Shown here in pieces: positions 19,166-27,721 of a stretch of DNA of 58,733 nucleotides. The position numbers and the translations under genes were made by a program. The notes under the pieces were generated by a model. The model was not told the origin of the DNA and did not search any database. It saw nothing but the letters and a program-made list of their open reading frames with translations. Positions within the stretch are counted from its first letter, which is position 1, and every line of letters begins with the position of its first letter. The stretch comes from Pseudolabrys sp. (GTDB lineage: Bacteria; Pseudomonadota; Alphaproteobacteria; Rhizobiales; Xanthobacteraceae), in contig JBPCQM010000025.1 in the NCBI GenBank assembly GCA_050998115.1, positions 1 through 58,733 of the forward strand. The letters are read 5' to 3'.

Positions 19166-20856
19166 CCAACGGCCACTGGCGCCAGCGCCTCGATATCCGT
19201 GACGACGTCGATCACCACAGGACGGTTTGCGGCGAGCGCCTGCTTGAGCGCCGCCGCGATATCGGCGGGCTTTTCGACCCGGATGCCGAGCGCGCCCATT
19301 TCCCCGGCGATCCTGGAGAAATTCGTCGGGTTGTAGGTCCACAACTCGCGCGCCTGCGCGGTCTGCTCCCCGCCATAGGCGCGGTCGAAGCCGCGCTTCG
19401 ATTGATTGCCGCCGCTGTTGTTGTTGACGATGGTGATGGAATTGAGCTTCCAGCGCACTGCCGTCTCGATTTCGGCGATGTGATACCAGAAACCGGCGTC
19501 GCCAGTGAAAGCCACCACTGGACGGTTCGGGCTGGCAGCCTTGGCGCCGATGCCGGCGGGAAACGCCCAGCCAAGATGGCCGGCGCTGCGGATGTAGCTC
19601 TGCGCCTGCGTACGCGTATCGTACATGCCGCCCATCCACATGCCGGCATGGCCGGTGTCGACCACCACGATGGCGTCGTCGGGCACATGCTGCGTCAACT
19701 CGTGGCAGATGCGCGCGGGATGGATCGGCGCCGTATCGGACTCAAGTTGCGTCTTGTGTTTGGCGTACCAGTCGGCGCGAAGCGCCTTGATTTGCTCGAT
19801 CCATTTAACTCGCTTGGTCGCCGACGATTTATCGATCTGGCCGAGCATCTTCACCAGTACCGATTTGGCATCGCTGAGCACGCTGGCCTTGAGCGGATAA
19901 TTACGGCCCAGCGCTTCCGGATTAATGTCGATCTGGATTGCATTGACGCCGATTTTCGGCACTGTCCAGAAATGCGTCGTCATGCCGCCGGTTTCGCTGC
20001 CGATGAAGCAGACCAGATCAGCCCCGGCGACGGAACGGTTGGCGCATTCGCGCGAATAGGAACCGACTACGCCGACCGAAAGCGCATGCGTGCCGGGGAT
20101 ACAATCCTTGCCGTTGAGCGAAGTCGCGACCGGGATTTGCAGCGCGTCGGCCAGCGCGACCAGCTCGCGGCCTGCGCCTGACGCACGCACCCCGCCGCCG
20201 GCGACGATCACCGGCCTTTCCGCCTTTTGCAGCAGATCGAGCGCCGCCTTGACATGCGCGGCTTCAGGTTCCGGACGGAACGGCGGCACCCGCGCGAATT
20301 GTTCTTCGACGTCAGCCTCCATCTCGGCTTCGTCGAGATCGACCTGACCCTCGTTGCCGCGGAATTGCAGATGCACCGGGCCAGGCGTGCCCGACACCGC
20401 GGTGCGAAACGCCTGGCGGATCATGTCGGGAAAGCGCGACACGTCATCCACCGTGACGTTCATCTTGGTGACCGCCTCGAACGCCGGCACGTCGTCGATC
20501 TCCTGGTAGACCTTACGGAATTTCGTCTTTGGATCGCGTCCGCCGGTCATCGCGATCACCGGTGCGTGGGCCAGCCAGGCGTCGCGCAATCCGGCGGCGA
20601 GATTGAGCGCGCCGATTACCTGCGCCATGCAAACGCCAGGCCTGCCCGAGGCGCGGGCGTAGCCATCGGCCATGTAGGCGGCGGATTTTTCGCCGTGGGT
20701 GTGGATGCGCGCGATTTTGGTGCGGCGCTCCATCTCGGCGAAAGTTCGCCGCAGCACCGCCGGCACCATGAAGACGTGGGTGATGCCGTACCCCGCCAGC
20801 ATGTCGGCCAGCACCTCGGCGCCGGCGCGCTTGGCGTTGTGGCCCAACGTCGCCAT
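19162..20856 (-). CDS. Thiamine-diphosphate enzyme, acetolactate synthase large-subunit-like
   Basis: EKSAAYMADGYARASG and the TPP motif GDAG...NN. Confidence 0.8.
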   Translation of the reverse strand: MATLGHNAKRAGAEVLADMLAGYGITHVFMVPAVLRRTFAEMERRTKIARIHTHGEKSAAYMADGYARASGRPGVCMAQVIGALNLAAGLRDAWLAHAPVIAMTGGRDPKTKFRKVYQEIDDVPAFEAVTKMNVTVDDVSRFPDMIRQAFRTAVSGTPGPVHLQFRGNEGQVDLDEAEMEADVEEQFARVPPFRPEPEAAHVKAALDLLQKAERPVIVAGGGVRASGAGRELVALADALQIPVATSLNGKDCIPGTHALSVGVVGSYSRECANRSVAGADLVCFIGSETGGMTTHFWTVPKIGVNAIQIDINPEALGRNYPLKASVLSDAKSVLVKMLGQIDKSSATKRVKWIEQIKALRADWYAKHKTQLESDTAPIHPARICHELTQHVPDDAIVVVDTGHAGMWMGGMYDTRTQAQSYIRSAGHLGWAFPAGIGAKAASPNRPVVAFTGDAGFWYHIAEIETAVRWKLNSITIVNNNSGGNQSKRGFDRAYGGEQTAQARELWTYNPTNFSRIAGEMGALGIRVEKPADIAAALKQALAANRPVVIDVVTDIEALAPVAVG

Positions 20857-20883
20857 TTCAGGTGGATATCAACTTGGACGTCA

Positions 20884-21294
20884 CTAGGAGACGCCGCCGG
20901 GCTTGAAATTCAAGGCGACGCCGTTGATGCAATAGCGCAGGTGGGTCGGAGGCGGCCCGTCCTCGAACACGTGGCCAAGATGGCTGCCGCAGCGGCTGCA
21001 ATGCACTTCATCGCGCATCATGCCGTGGCTGGTGTCTTCCGACTTCTCGACCGCGCCCGGCTCCGGATCGTTGAAGCTCGGCCAGCCTGTGCCGCTTTCG
21101 AATTTCCGGTGGGAGACGAACAGCGGCTGGCCGCAGCCGGCGCAGGAAAACGTGCCGGGACGCTTCTCGAAATTCAGCGCGCAGCTTCCCGGCATTTCGG
21201 TACCGTGCTCGCGCATGATCTCGTATTGCTCGGGTGTCAGCAGCTTGCGCCATTCCGCTTCGGTGTGGGTAACCGGATATTGCTCGGCAGCCAT
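20884..21294 (-). CDS. msrB: Peptide methionine-(R)-sulfoxide reductase
   Basis: KFESGTGWPSF, HLGHVFEDGP, RYCIN and two CxxC Zn sites. Confidence 0.95.
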   Translation of the reverse strand: MAAEQYPVTHTEAEWRKLLTPEQYEIMREHGTEMPGSCALNFEKRPGTFSCAGCGQPLFVSHRKFESGTGWPSFNDPEPGAVEKSEDTSHGMMRDEVHCSRCGSHLGHVFEDGPPPTHLRYCINGVALNFKPGGVS

Positions 21295-21295
21295 A

Positions 21296-22495
21296 TCAAT
21301 GAGCCGCAGCGCCGCCGCGGTTCCAACCGCGCGCACCCTCGCCGTAAATCTCGAAGCCGTTATCGGTCACCGCCACAGTGTCTTCGAGCTTGATGAAGCC
21401 GCGCGTTGGATGCAGCAGCGTGGTTTCGACCGAGACCACCATGCCGGCTTCCAGCGCCTTATCGCGATGCTCGGCGGGATAAGGCACCGGTCCGCGATCG
21501 GTCAGCCGCGGCGCCTCGTGGCTGACGAGCCCCATGCCGTGCGCCAGAAACTCTATGTGATTATGGTGTTTAGAGCGTTCTTTTAGTGGCGCGGCAGCAG
21601 CGTAAATATCGCGTCCCATCGCCCCGGCGCGCACGGCCTTGAAAGCGGCGCGCTGGATGGTTTCGATCTCGCCAAGCAGGTCGTGGAGTTCGGCATCGGG
21701 CTCGCCGTGGATCGCCATGCGGCAGATGTCGCCTATATAGCCGTGATAATTGCCCCCGGAATCCAGCGAGAGGATGTCGCCCTCGCCCCAAGTCTGATCG
21801 GTTGGCGCGCGGTTGAGGCTCGCGCCCGCCGTGATCAGGCAATATTCAAACGTTAGTCCGCGATTGGTTTCCTCGCGGCGCAGAGCTTCTGAAAGCTCGC
21901 GCTTGGTGGTGCCGGGGCCGTGGTTGGCGATCACGGCCTGCATCGATTCGATCACCATCTCGGAAGCGTGCTGGAGCTTCTTCAATTCCTCCGGCGACTT
22001 CTTGGCACGCTGGCGGTCAAGCACCAAAGTCGCCTCGACCAGCTCGGCCTCGGGAAACGCGCTGCGCAGTACCATCGCGGCGTCGAACGGCAGAAACCCG
22101 AATTCGGCCCCGATGCGGCGCGGCTTGAGGCCGGCGCGCTTCATGGCGTCGACCGCCTTCTGCATGGCGTCGACCGATCCGTTCGACGCGGTCTGCGTCT
22201 CCGGCGTCCACATCGGTTTGGCCTCGCGCTGCCATTTTTCCAGGCGATGGCCGATATACGCGGCCTTGTCTGACGTGCCCTTCGGATAAATCATGATCGG
22301 CAAATAGCGCGTGACGCCGGTTGCATCCATGTAGTCGAAAAAGTCGGCGCGATGGCCGCCGAGCAGGTACTGCACATTGTGCTTTGAGGTTGCGAGCAGA
22401 ACGTCGATGTTCTCCTCGTCCATCAGCCGGTCGAGCCGGGCGCTATCGAACGGAATGGAAGCCGCCAGATCGGATTTCGTCGCAGGCGTCAGCAT
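21296..22495 (-). CDS. M24 (Xaa-Pro peptidase/creatinase-like) metallopeptidase
   Basis: Metal ligands D (LDSG), D (GDICR), H (HGMG), E (VET) and E (KLED). Confidence 0.8.
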   Translation of the reverse strand: MLTPATKSDLAASIPFDSARLDRLMDEENIDVLLATSKHNVQYLLGGHRADFFDYMDATGVTRYLPIMIYPKGTSDKAAYIGHRLEKWQREAKPMWTPETQTASNGSVDAMQKAVDAMKRAGLKPRRIGAEFGFLPFDAAMVLRSAFPEAELVEATLVLDRQRAKKSPEELKKLQHASEMVIESMQAVIANHGPGTTKRELSEALRREETNRGLTFEYCLITAGASLNRAPTDQTWGEGDILSLDSGGNYHGYIGDICRMAIHGEPDAELHDLLGEIETIQRAAFKAVRAGAMGRDIYAAAAPLKERSKHHNHIEFLAHGMGLVSHEAPRLTDRGPVPYPAEHRDKALEAGMVVSVETTLLHPTRGFIKLEDTVAVTDNGFEIYGEGARGWNRGGAAAH

Positions 22496-22634
22496 AAGCA
22501 ATGCCCTGAATGTCTTTGGGCAAGCTAATCCCGGGAGCCCGTCTCCGCAACCCGAGGCACGCGGTGTTGTTGCGGTTCGGCATATGTGGGGGCATGCTGA
22601 CGCCGACAAACAAAAGGCCCTCGGGAGGAACGTT

Positions 22635-23612
22635 ATGAAGCGGGCTCGGCACATTTTCGCCTGTTGCGCGGCATTGATGTTTGCCACCCCGGTGATAGCG
22701 GCAGGCCCCGATGGCTACCCGAACAGGCCGGTGAAAATCATCGTGCCATTCGCACCGGCCGGCCCGACCGATGTGATGGCGCGCCTGATCGCGCAAAAGC
22801 TGTCTGAGGCTCTCGGCCAGCAATTCTTCGTCGAGAACCATGCCGGCGCCGGCGGCAATATCGGAATGTCGCTGGTCGCCAAGGCGCCACCGGACGGCTA
22901 CACGATTTTGGTGGCGTCATCGAGTTACGTCGTCAATCCCAGCCTCTACGGCAAAAATCCGTACGACCCCTACAAAGACTTCGCGCCAGTCACGCTGGCG
23001 GCCGCCTCGCCGAATATTCTGGTGGTACATCCGGAAGTGCCGGTAAAGACTGTCAAGGAACTGATCGACCTAGTAAAAGCCAATCCGGGCAAGTACAGCA
23101 TCGCCAATCCAGGCGTCGGCACCACACCGCAGCTTGCCGCCGAGCTATTCAAGCTCGAGCTCAAACTCGACGCCGCCAGCGTGCCGTTTGGCGGCGCCGG
23201 GCCGGCAATCCAGTCGGCGGTTGCCGGCCACACCCAGATCGCGATGACGGCGCTGCCGCCGACCGCTCCGCAAGTCACTGGCGGCAAGTTGCGTGCTCTC
23301 GCTGTTACCTCGGCGAAACGCTCCGGTGCCCTGCCCGACGTGCCAACCATGGCAGAGGCCGGCGTCACCGGCCAGGAATCCGAAACCATGCAGGGCATTT
23401 TCCTGCCCGGCGGCGCATCGAACGAACTGGTGGATTTCCTCAACACCGAGATCGCCAAGGTGATGGCGATGCCTGACGTGAAGGAAAAATGCGCGCAACT
23501 CGGCTTTGATGTGATCGCCGACAAGCCCGCGCAATTCGCGGCCTATATCAAGGCTGAAGTGGAGAAGTGGAGCAAGGTCATCAAGGACGCCAAAATCCCG
23601 CAGATCCAGTAA
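22635..23612 (+). CDS. Tripartite tricarboxylate transporter substrate-binding protein (Bug/TctC)
   Basis: Signal peptide, YPNRPVKIIVPFAPAGPTD, VENHAGAGG and PDVPTMAEAG. Confidence 0.9.
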   Translation: MKRARHIFACCAALMFATPVIAAGPDGYPNRPVKIIVPFAPAGPTDVMARLIAQKLSEALGQQFFVENHAGAGGNIGMSLVAKAPPDGYTILVASSSYVVNPSLYGKNPYDPYKDFAPVTLAAASPNILVVHPEVPVKTVKELIDLVKANPGKYSIANPGVGTTPQLAAELFKLELKLDAASVPFGGAGPAIQSAVAGHTQIAMTALPPTAPQVTGGKLRALAVTSAKRSGALPDVPTMAEAGVTGQESETMQGIFLPGGASNELVDFLNTEIAKVMAMPDVKEKCAQLGFDVIADKPAQFAAYIKAEVEKWSKVIKDAKIPQIQ

Positions 23613-23837
23613 ATGCGCATCGTCGATATCCGCGAAACCGCTGTCGCGCTGAAATCCGATCTCAAAAATTCGAGCATCGATTTCTCCGAGATGACAACAT
23701 CGGTGGTGGCCGTCATCACCGACGTAGTGCGCAACGGCAAACCGGTCACCGGCTTTGCGTTCAACTCAAACCGTTACGCCTGCGCTTTATCCCGCGAATT
23801 CTGCAGGCGGAGCCGAAGTCACTGCTCAAGGCCCTGA
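23613..23837 (+). pseudogene. Remnant of a mandelate racemase/enolase-superfamily enzyme (D-tartrate dehydratase-like)
   Basis: MRIVDIRE...IDFSEMTTSVVAVITDVVRNGKPVTGFAFNS is followed by RFIPRILQAEPKSLL in another frame, and similarity then stops. Only about 70 N-terminal residues remain. Confidence 0.7.
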
Positions 23838-23892
23838 ACCTTTGCTCGTCAACCGGCGTTAACAAGGGAACCTGAAAAGGAGACCCTCGGTC

Positions 23893-24140
23893 ATGAAATC
23901 CACCGCCGCCCCCCGCCCGGCCACCAACCCCCCTCGCCGCAAGGACGGCCCGCATCTTGCCGACTGGTCCGCTGACCGGCGGCGCAACAGCCGTTGAAAT
24001 GGATCGGCGCTTTTGTCGCTGCCATTGTTATCGTCGGCGGCCTGGTCGGCCTGCTTGGCCAGTTCGACCGCGCCAACCACAATACGCCGAGCGGCCAGGG
24101 CCCAGCAGCTTCGACCACCGGACAAAGGCCGGCGCAGTAG
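23893..24140 (+). CDS. Small single-pass membrane protein (about 82 aa), interrupted by an apparent 1-bp deletion near 23991
   Basis: Strong RBS (AAGGAG) before ATG 23893. The frame stops at 23995, but the shifted frame reads LKWIGAFVAAIVIVGGLVGLL...STTGQRPAQ to TAG at 24138. Confidence 0.45.
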
Positions 24141-24154
24141 CCTTCGCCTCGATC

Positions 24155-24385
24155 GTGAAAAAGCAGAAGGCGAAAAAAGCGAAGAAAGCCGACACCGTTG
24201 GCAAGCGCGTTATATTCGACGGCGCCACCTGGCGGGCTGTCGAATTGCTGGCGCGCGACCAGATGAAGGATCTCCCCGAGATCACCGAGGAAGCGTTCCG
24301 CGACCTGCTGAAGAAACACGGGCGCAGCGCCGACCTGCGTGAAGCCCTCAAGCTGAGCGCGCGGCGCAGCGCAGCCAACCGGTAA
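24155..24385 (+). CDS. Small basic hypothetical protein, possibly ribbon-helix-helix fold
   Basis: KRVIFD strand followed by the helices TWRAVELLARDQM and EITEEAFRDLLKKHG; resembles small Rhizobiales hypothetical proteins. Confidence 0.6.
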   Translation: MKKQKAKKAKKADTVGKRVIFDGATWRAVELLARDQMKDLPEITEEAFRDLLKKHGRSADLREALKLSARRSAANR

Positions 24386-24466
24386 CCCACATAAACTGCT
24401 GATTTTCCGCCTTAACCACGCCGCTGTCGCTGGAATGCCACAGCGCGGCGAATTTCGGGCGCCGGG

Positions 24467-24475
24467 TTATCCACA
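24467..24475 (+). promoter_or_regulatory. Consensus DnaA box
   Basis: Exact TTATCCACA in an intergenic region. Confidence 0.45.
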
Positions 24476-24526
24476 GCCGCGCGACTCAGTTATCTGTCGC
24501 CGATCGAGGGGAAGCTGAGGACATCC

Positions 24527-24727
24527 ATGCGCCGCGCCAATGCAATCGCTTACCAGCCCAATCATGTCGAATTGCCTGCGCGTGATGCCGACAAAAGCCG
24601 CCCGACCAGTCGTCCAAGCCTGCTGACCCCGGCGCGGCGCGCCGGGATCGATGCGCTGGAGCGTGAATTCAGCGAGCTGCTAGCCGCCTACCAAAGCCGG
24701 CGGACGGCGCCGACCGCCGCGGCATAG
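24527..24727 (+). CDS. Hypothetical 66-aa protein
   Basis: GAGGA RBS just upstream of the ATG and a helical C-terminus (IDALEREFSELLAAY). Confidence 0.45.
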   Translation: MRRANAIAYQPNHVELPARDADKSRPTSRPSLLTPARRAGIDALEREFSELLAAYQSRRTAPTAAA

Positions 24728-24905
24728 CGGGGCGGTGCTCCGGGCGCCGCGGCTCTTGCGGCATGTCGGAAAGCCGCGCGCCGGCCGCGAAATGCGCTGC
24801 ATCGCCGGTCAGCCGGCATTCCACGCAGATGACGACGGCGGCCCCGCCGGCGATCTCAAGCCGCTCTACCTCGCAGCGGCAGCCCACACAGACAAGCGCG
24901 CGCAT
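24669..24905 (-). CDS. Hypothetical small Zn-ribbon-like protein
   Basis: CVGC-x17-CVEC motif and an AGGA RBS; overlaps the 3' end of the opposite ORF. Confidence 0.4.
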   Translation of the reverse strand: MRALVCVGCRCEVERLEIAGGAAVVICVECRLTGDAAHFAAGARLSDMPQEPRRPEHRPAMPRRSAPSAGFGRRLAAR

Positions 24906-25007
24906 GTTCGGCTATCCTGTTGACGGCGACGCCGAAGCTTAGCCGCGATTCGTGTGGCCGCATCAAGTCCGCGGCCCGCCGTTAACAGGTTCCCGAACAG
25001 GTTCCCA

Positions 25008-25451
25008 ATGGACGCCGACGTTCTGCGCCGCCTGCATTATGCCGCCGCGATCGCCTGCGGGGTGTTCGCGGCGCTTGCCGTCCATATTCTGCTGACGGTG
25101 GCCGGCCTCGGGCTGGATATTGTGCTGCGCGGCCTGCTGCCGGGCGGGCGGGCGCAATTCATCGCGGCGCTGGCCTGGTGGGCGATCGCCGGCGCCGGTT
25201 TTGTCGGCGGCTGGGCGGCCGGCGCCTACCTGATCGCGGCGGCGCGCGAGCGGGAATTTGTCTACAACCTGGCGCGGCGGTTTTTGATCGCGCTGGTGGT
25301 GATCGTCTGCACCGCGGCCGGGCTTATGAGCAAGCTAGGCAATGTCGGCGGCACCGTCGACGTGATTTCAAGCCTCACGGCGCTCGGGCTCGGCCTGATC
25401 TGCGCGTTTTGCGGCGCGCGGCTCGCTTATCTCAACGCCGAGCAGGGTTGA
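25008..25451 (+). CDS. Hypothetical membrane protein (about 4 TM)
   Basis: Four hydrophobic segments and GC-rich third codon positions. Confidence 0.7.
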   Translation: MDADVLRRLHYAAAIACGVFAALAVHILLTVAGLGLDIVLRGLLPGGRAQFIAALAWWAIAGAGFVGGWAAGAYLIAAAREREFVYNLARRFLIALVVIVCTAAGLMSKLGNVGGTVDVISSLTALGLGLICAFCGARLAYLNAEQG

Positions 25452-25478
25452 GCGCGTTGTCCCGGGCGCGGCGCAACA

Positions 25479-25600
25479 CCGCTCATTCCCGCACTCGGGT
25501 CCAGCCTTCGGCAGGCCCGAACACAGGTTCAAGCGAGAATCCAGATTAAAGCCAATCGCTGTTGCAAAGGCTGGGTCCCCGCTTCCGCGGGAACGAGCGG
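25479..25600. repeat. REP-like palindromic element with extra internal hairpin
   Basis: Terminal inverted repeats CCGCTCATTCCCGC...GCGGGAACGAGCGG with inner GAATCCAG/CTGGGTCC arms. Confidence 0.65.
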
Positions 25601-25841
25601 ATGATGGCTTCCCGCCAACTTGCGGCAGACTCGACGGGCTGAATTAAAGGCGGCGCAATACGCGGAGTCTGTCATCGGGCGGCGCCATTGGCGCCGGCCG
25701 TTGGCTATTGCGCTCGACAAGGCTGAGTTCGTGGGGCGCCGATTTCCGAAAATGGGAACTGTAAGGCGGATCACATGGGCTGACAGCCGCGGTCGGCGGT
25801 GATGGCGTCCGGGGCCGGCAGACTCCGGCGTGCACCGAGCC

Positions 25842-26900
25842 TCAATCGAGCGGCACGTTGAGTTTCGTGCCTTTGGTGATGATGCCGCCGCGGTCGCCAA
25901 TCTCAATGGAGCCATAGCGCTGCGTGAAGCATTCCGGCAGCGGCCGGTCGCCGGGGAGGCTCAACCAGAGCCGCAGCAAATGCCGCTTCTGCTTGGCGTC
26001 CGGCCAATCGCGAAAGCCGGTGCGGTCATGCAGCATCGCGTGATTGTAGACGAACTGCATGTCGCCCGGCGCAAGCTGCATGCCAAAATGCAGGCGCGGG
26101 TCGTTCGCCAGATCGTCGAACAGATCGAGCGCCTCGACGTGGGCCGGCGTCAGCCGCGGCGCGTCGGCAAAGCGTTGCGCGCTGTCGATGTATTGGCGCT
26201 GATAGAAACCCGTCAGGAAGCCGGCGTGCCAGTTCAAGGGCGGAATCTGCAGGTACGGCTTCTCGCCCTCGGGCACCTCGCCGCGCCGGTCGGTGGCGAT
26301 CGGCTCAAACATCAAGGCGGCAAGGTCCGGGCGCTGGCGCGACATCTCGTTGTAGATCGTCGCCGTGCTCACCAGCAACGATTTGCCGCCCTCCATCGCC
26401 TCGCGGATGCAGAGCAAGCCGACGGCGTCGGCGGAATCCGTATGGAATGTCTGCCGTTCGGCGGTCTGGTAGATGCGCGTGTTGGGATCCGTGGCGTCCG
26501 CGCCAATGTCGCGCACGTGTCCCAGAATATGGCCCATGGCGTTTTGCGAGCGTGCCGAACCGAGATGCGCGCCGACGCCGCAAAAAATCGTGGCGGCACG
26601 TTCCTGGCTATAGTTCGCGACCGGAAGACCGCGGATCACCTCAAAGCCGATGCCGTGGATCAGTGTTTCCTTGAGCTTGGCGAGGCGGGCGCCGAACCGC
26701 GGCAGCGGGAATTTCTGCCTGGTGATCCCGCCGATTTCCCTTGTGGTGGCGAGAAATGAATCGGCGGCCTGCTCAAGCTCGGCAATCTCGCCGGCGCTGA
26801 GTTGGACGATCCAGCGATCGGGATTCGCCGCCATCTCGTCGCCGCGCCACGCCGATGGAATGTCGATCCGCCCGGGCGGAATGCCTATTGTGGTCGACAT
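25842..26900 (-). CDS. TauD/TfdA-family Fe(II)/2-oxoglutarate dioxygenase
   Basis: FHTD (HxD), N..MLHDR and RHLLRLWL motifs. Confidence 0.85.
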   Translation of the reverse strand: MSTTIGIPPGRIDIPSAWRGDEMAANPDRWIVQLSAGEIAELEQAADSFLATTREIGGITRQKFPLPRFGARLAKLKETLIHGIGFEVIRGLPVANYSQERAATIFCGVGAHLGSARSQNAMGHILGHVRDIGADATDPNTRIYQTAERQTFHTDSADAVGLLCIREAMEGGKSLLVSTATIYNEMSRQRPDLAALMFEPIATDRRGEVPEGEKPYLQIPPLNWHAGFLTGFYQRQYIDSAQRFADAPRLTPAHVEALDLFDDLANDPRLHFGMQLAPGDMQFVYNHAMLHDRTGFRDWPDAKQKRHLLRLWLSLPGDRPLPECFTQRYGSIEIGDRGGIITKGTKLNVPLD

Positions 26901-27133
26901 CGAAACATCCTCATGCACTGCCGGATATATTGCCAATCGTGAGCGCAACGACAAGTTTGATCGCGGGCATGCGGCACGCCGAGTCTAACGCCCAAGCGAC
27001 CTTTATGGGCGTCCAGGGCGGAACTGAACCGCCGGCACACAATATCCCCGCAGATTGTGACGATCCGGCTTGACCGGGAACCCAGAATCCGCAAACCTCG
27101 ATACCTTAAGTTTTTCCGTTGGAGGGCTACTTG

Positions 27134-27646
27134 ATGTCGTTCAAACCAGCCGTTCGCTCCGCACTCGCCGCCGGGCTGTTTGGCCTCGCCTTGATGGCAA
27201 CCGCGCCCGCCAACGCGGGAGAAGTCGGGTGGCTAACCTGCCGAAGCGCGCAAGCGACAAGTTATTTTCTCTGGTCGTCGCAGGCATATAGCTGCGTCTT
27301 CCAGTCCAGCGTCGGTGGCGGAACGCAAGGCTACTCGGCCACCATCAACCGCGCCGGCGCAGAAATCGGCTGGGGCAACAATGCGACCCTGGTCTGGGCC
27401 GTGTTCGCACTGAGCGGGAAAGTGGGTCAAGGCACGCTGGCCGGCAGCTACGGCGGGGCATCGGCCGGAGCCGCGGTCGGCATCGGCGCGCGCGCCAACG
27501 CACTGGTTGGTGGCTTGCCGAATTCCATTACGCTGCAGCCGGTGAGCGTTGAGGGCGAGGGCGGGCTCAATGTCAGGGCAACGGTGACCAGCCTTTGGCT
27601 GCAATCAGCCGTCCCCCAGCGGCACGCTCGCCGCCGTCATAGATAA
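27134..27646 (+). CDS. DUF992-family secreted protein
   Basis: GGAGG RBS, signal peptide, GWLTC, LVWAVFA, LAGSYGG and ITLQPVSVEG. Confidence 0.8.
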   Translation: MSFKPAVRSALAAGLFGLALMATAPANAGEVGWLTCRSAQATSYFLWSSQAYSCVFQSSVGGGTQGYSATINRAGAEIGWGNNATLVWAVFALSGKVGQGTLAGSYGGASAGAAVGIGARANALVGGLPNSITLQPVSVEGEGGLNVRATVTSLWLQSAVPQRHARRRHR

Positions 27647-27667
27647 TCCGCCAACCTCATCGTAACG

Positions 27668-27701
27668 AACCGCCCGGCGCCCGCCGGGCGGTTTGTTTTT
27701 T
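27668..27701 (+). terminator. Rho-independent terminator between converging genes
   Basis: 11-bp stem AACCGCCCGGC/GCCGGGCGGTT followed by TGTTTTTT. Confidence 0.8.
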
Positions 27702-27721
27702 GCCTGGATGGGCCGTCAAGC

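Noticed and set aside
24467-24475. Replication origin
   Set aside because: Only one perfect DnaA box, no AT-rich unwinding region and no oriC-linked genes.
25601-25841. Intergenic stretch with small inverted repeats as an sRNA or ORF
   Set aside because: No clear promoter, terminator, RBS or family motif is visible, so it cannot be supported.
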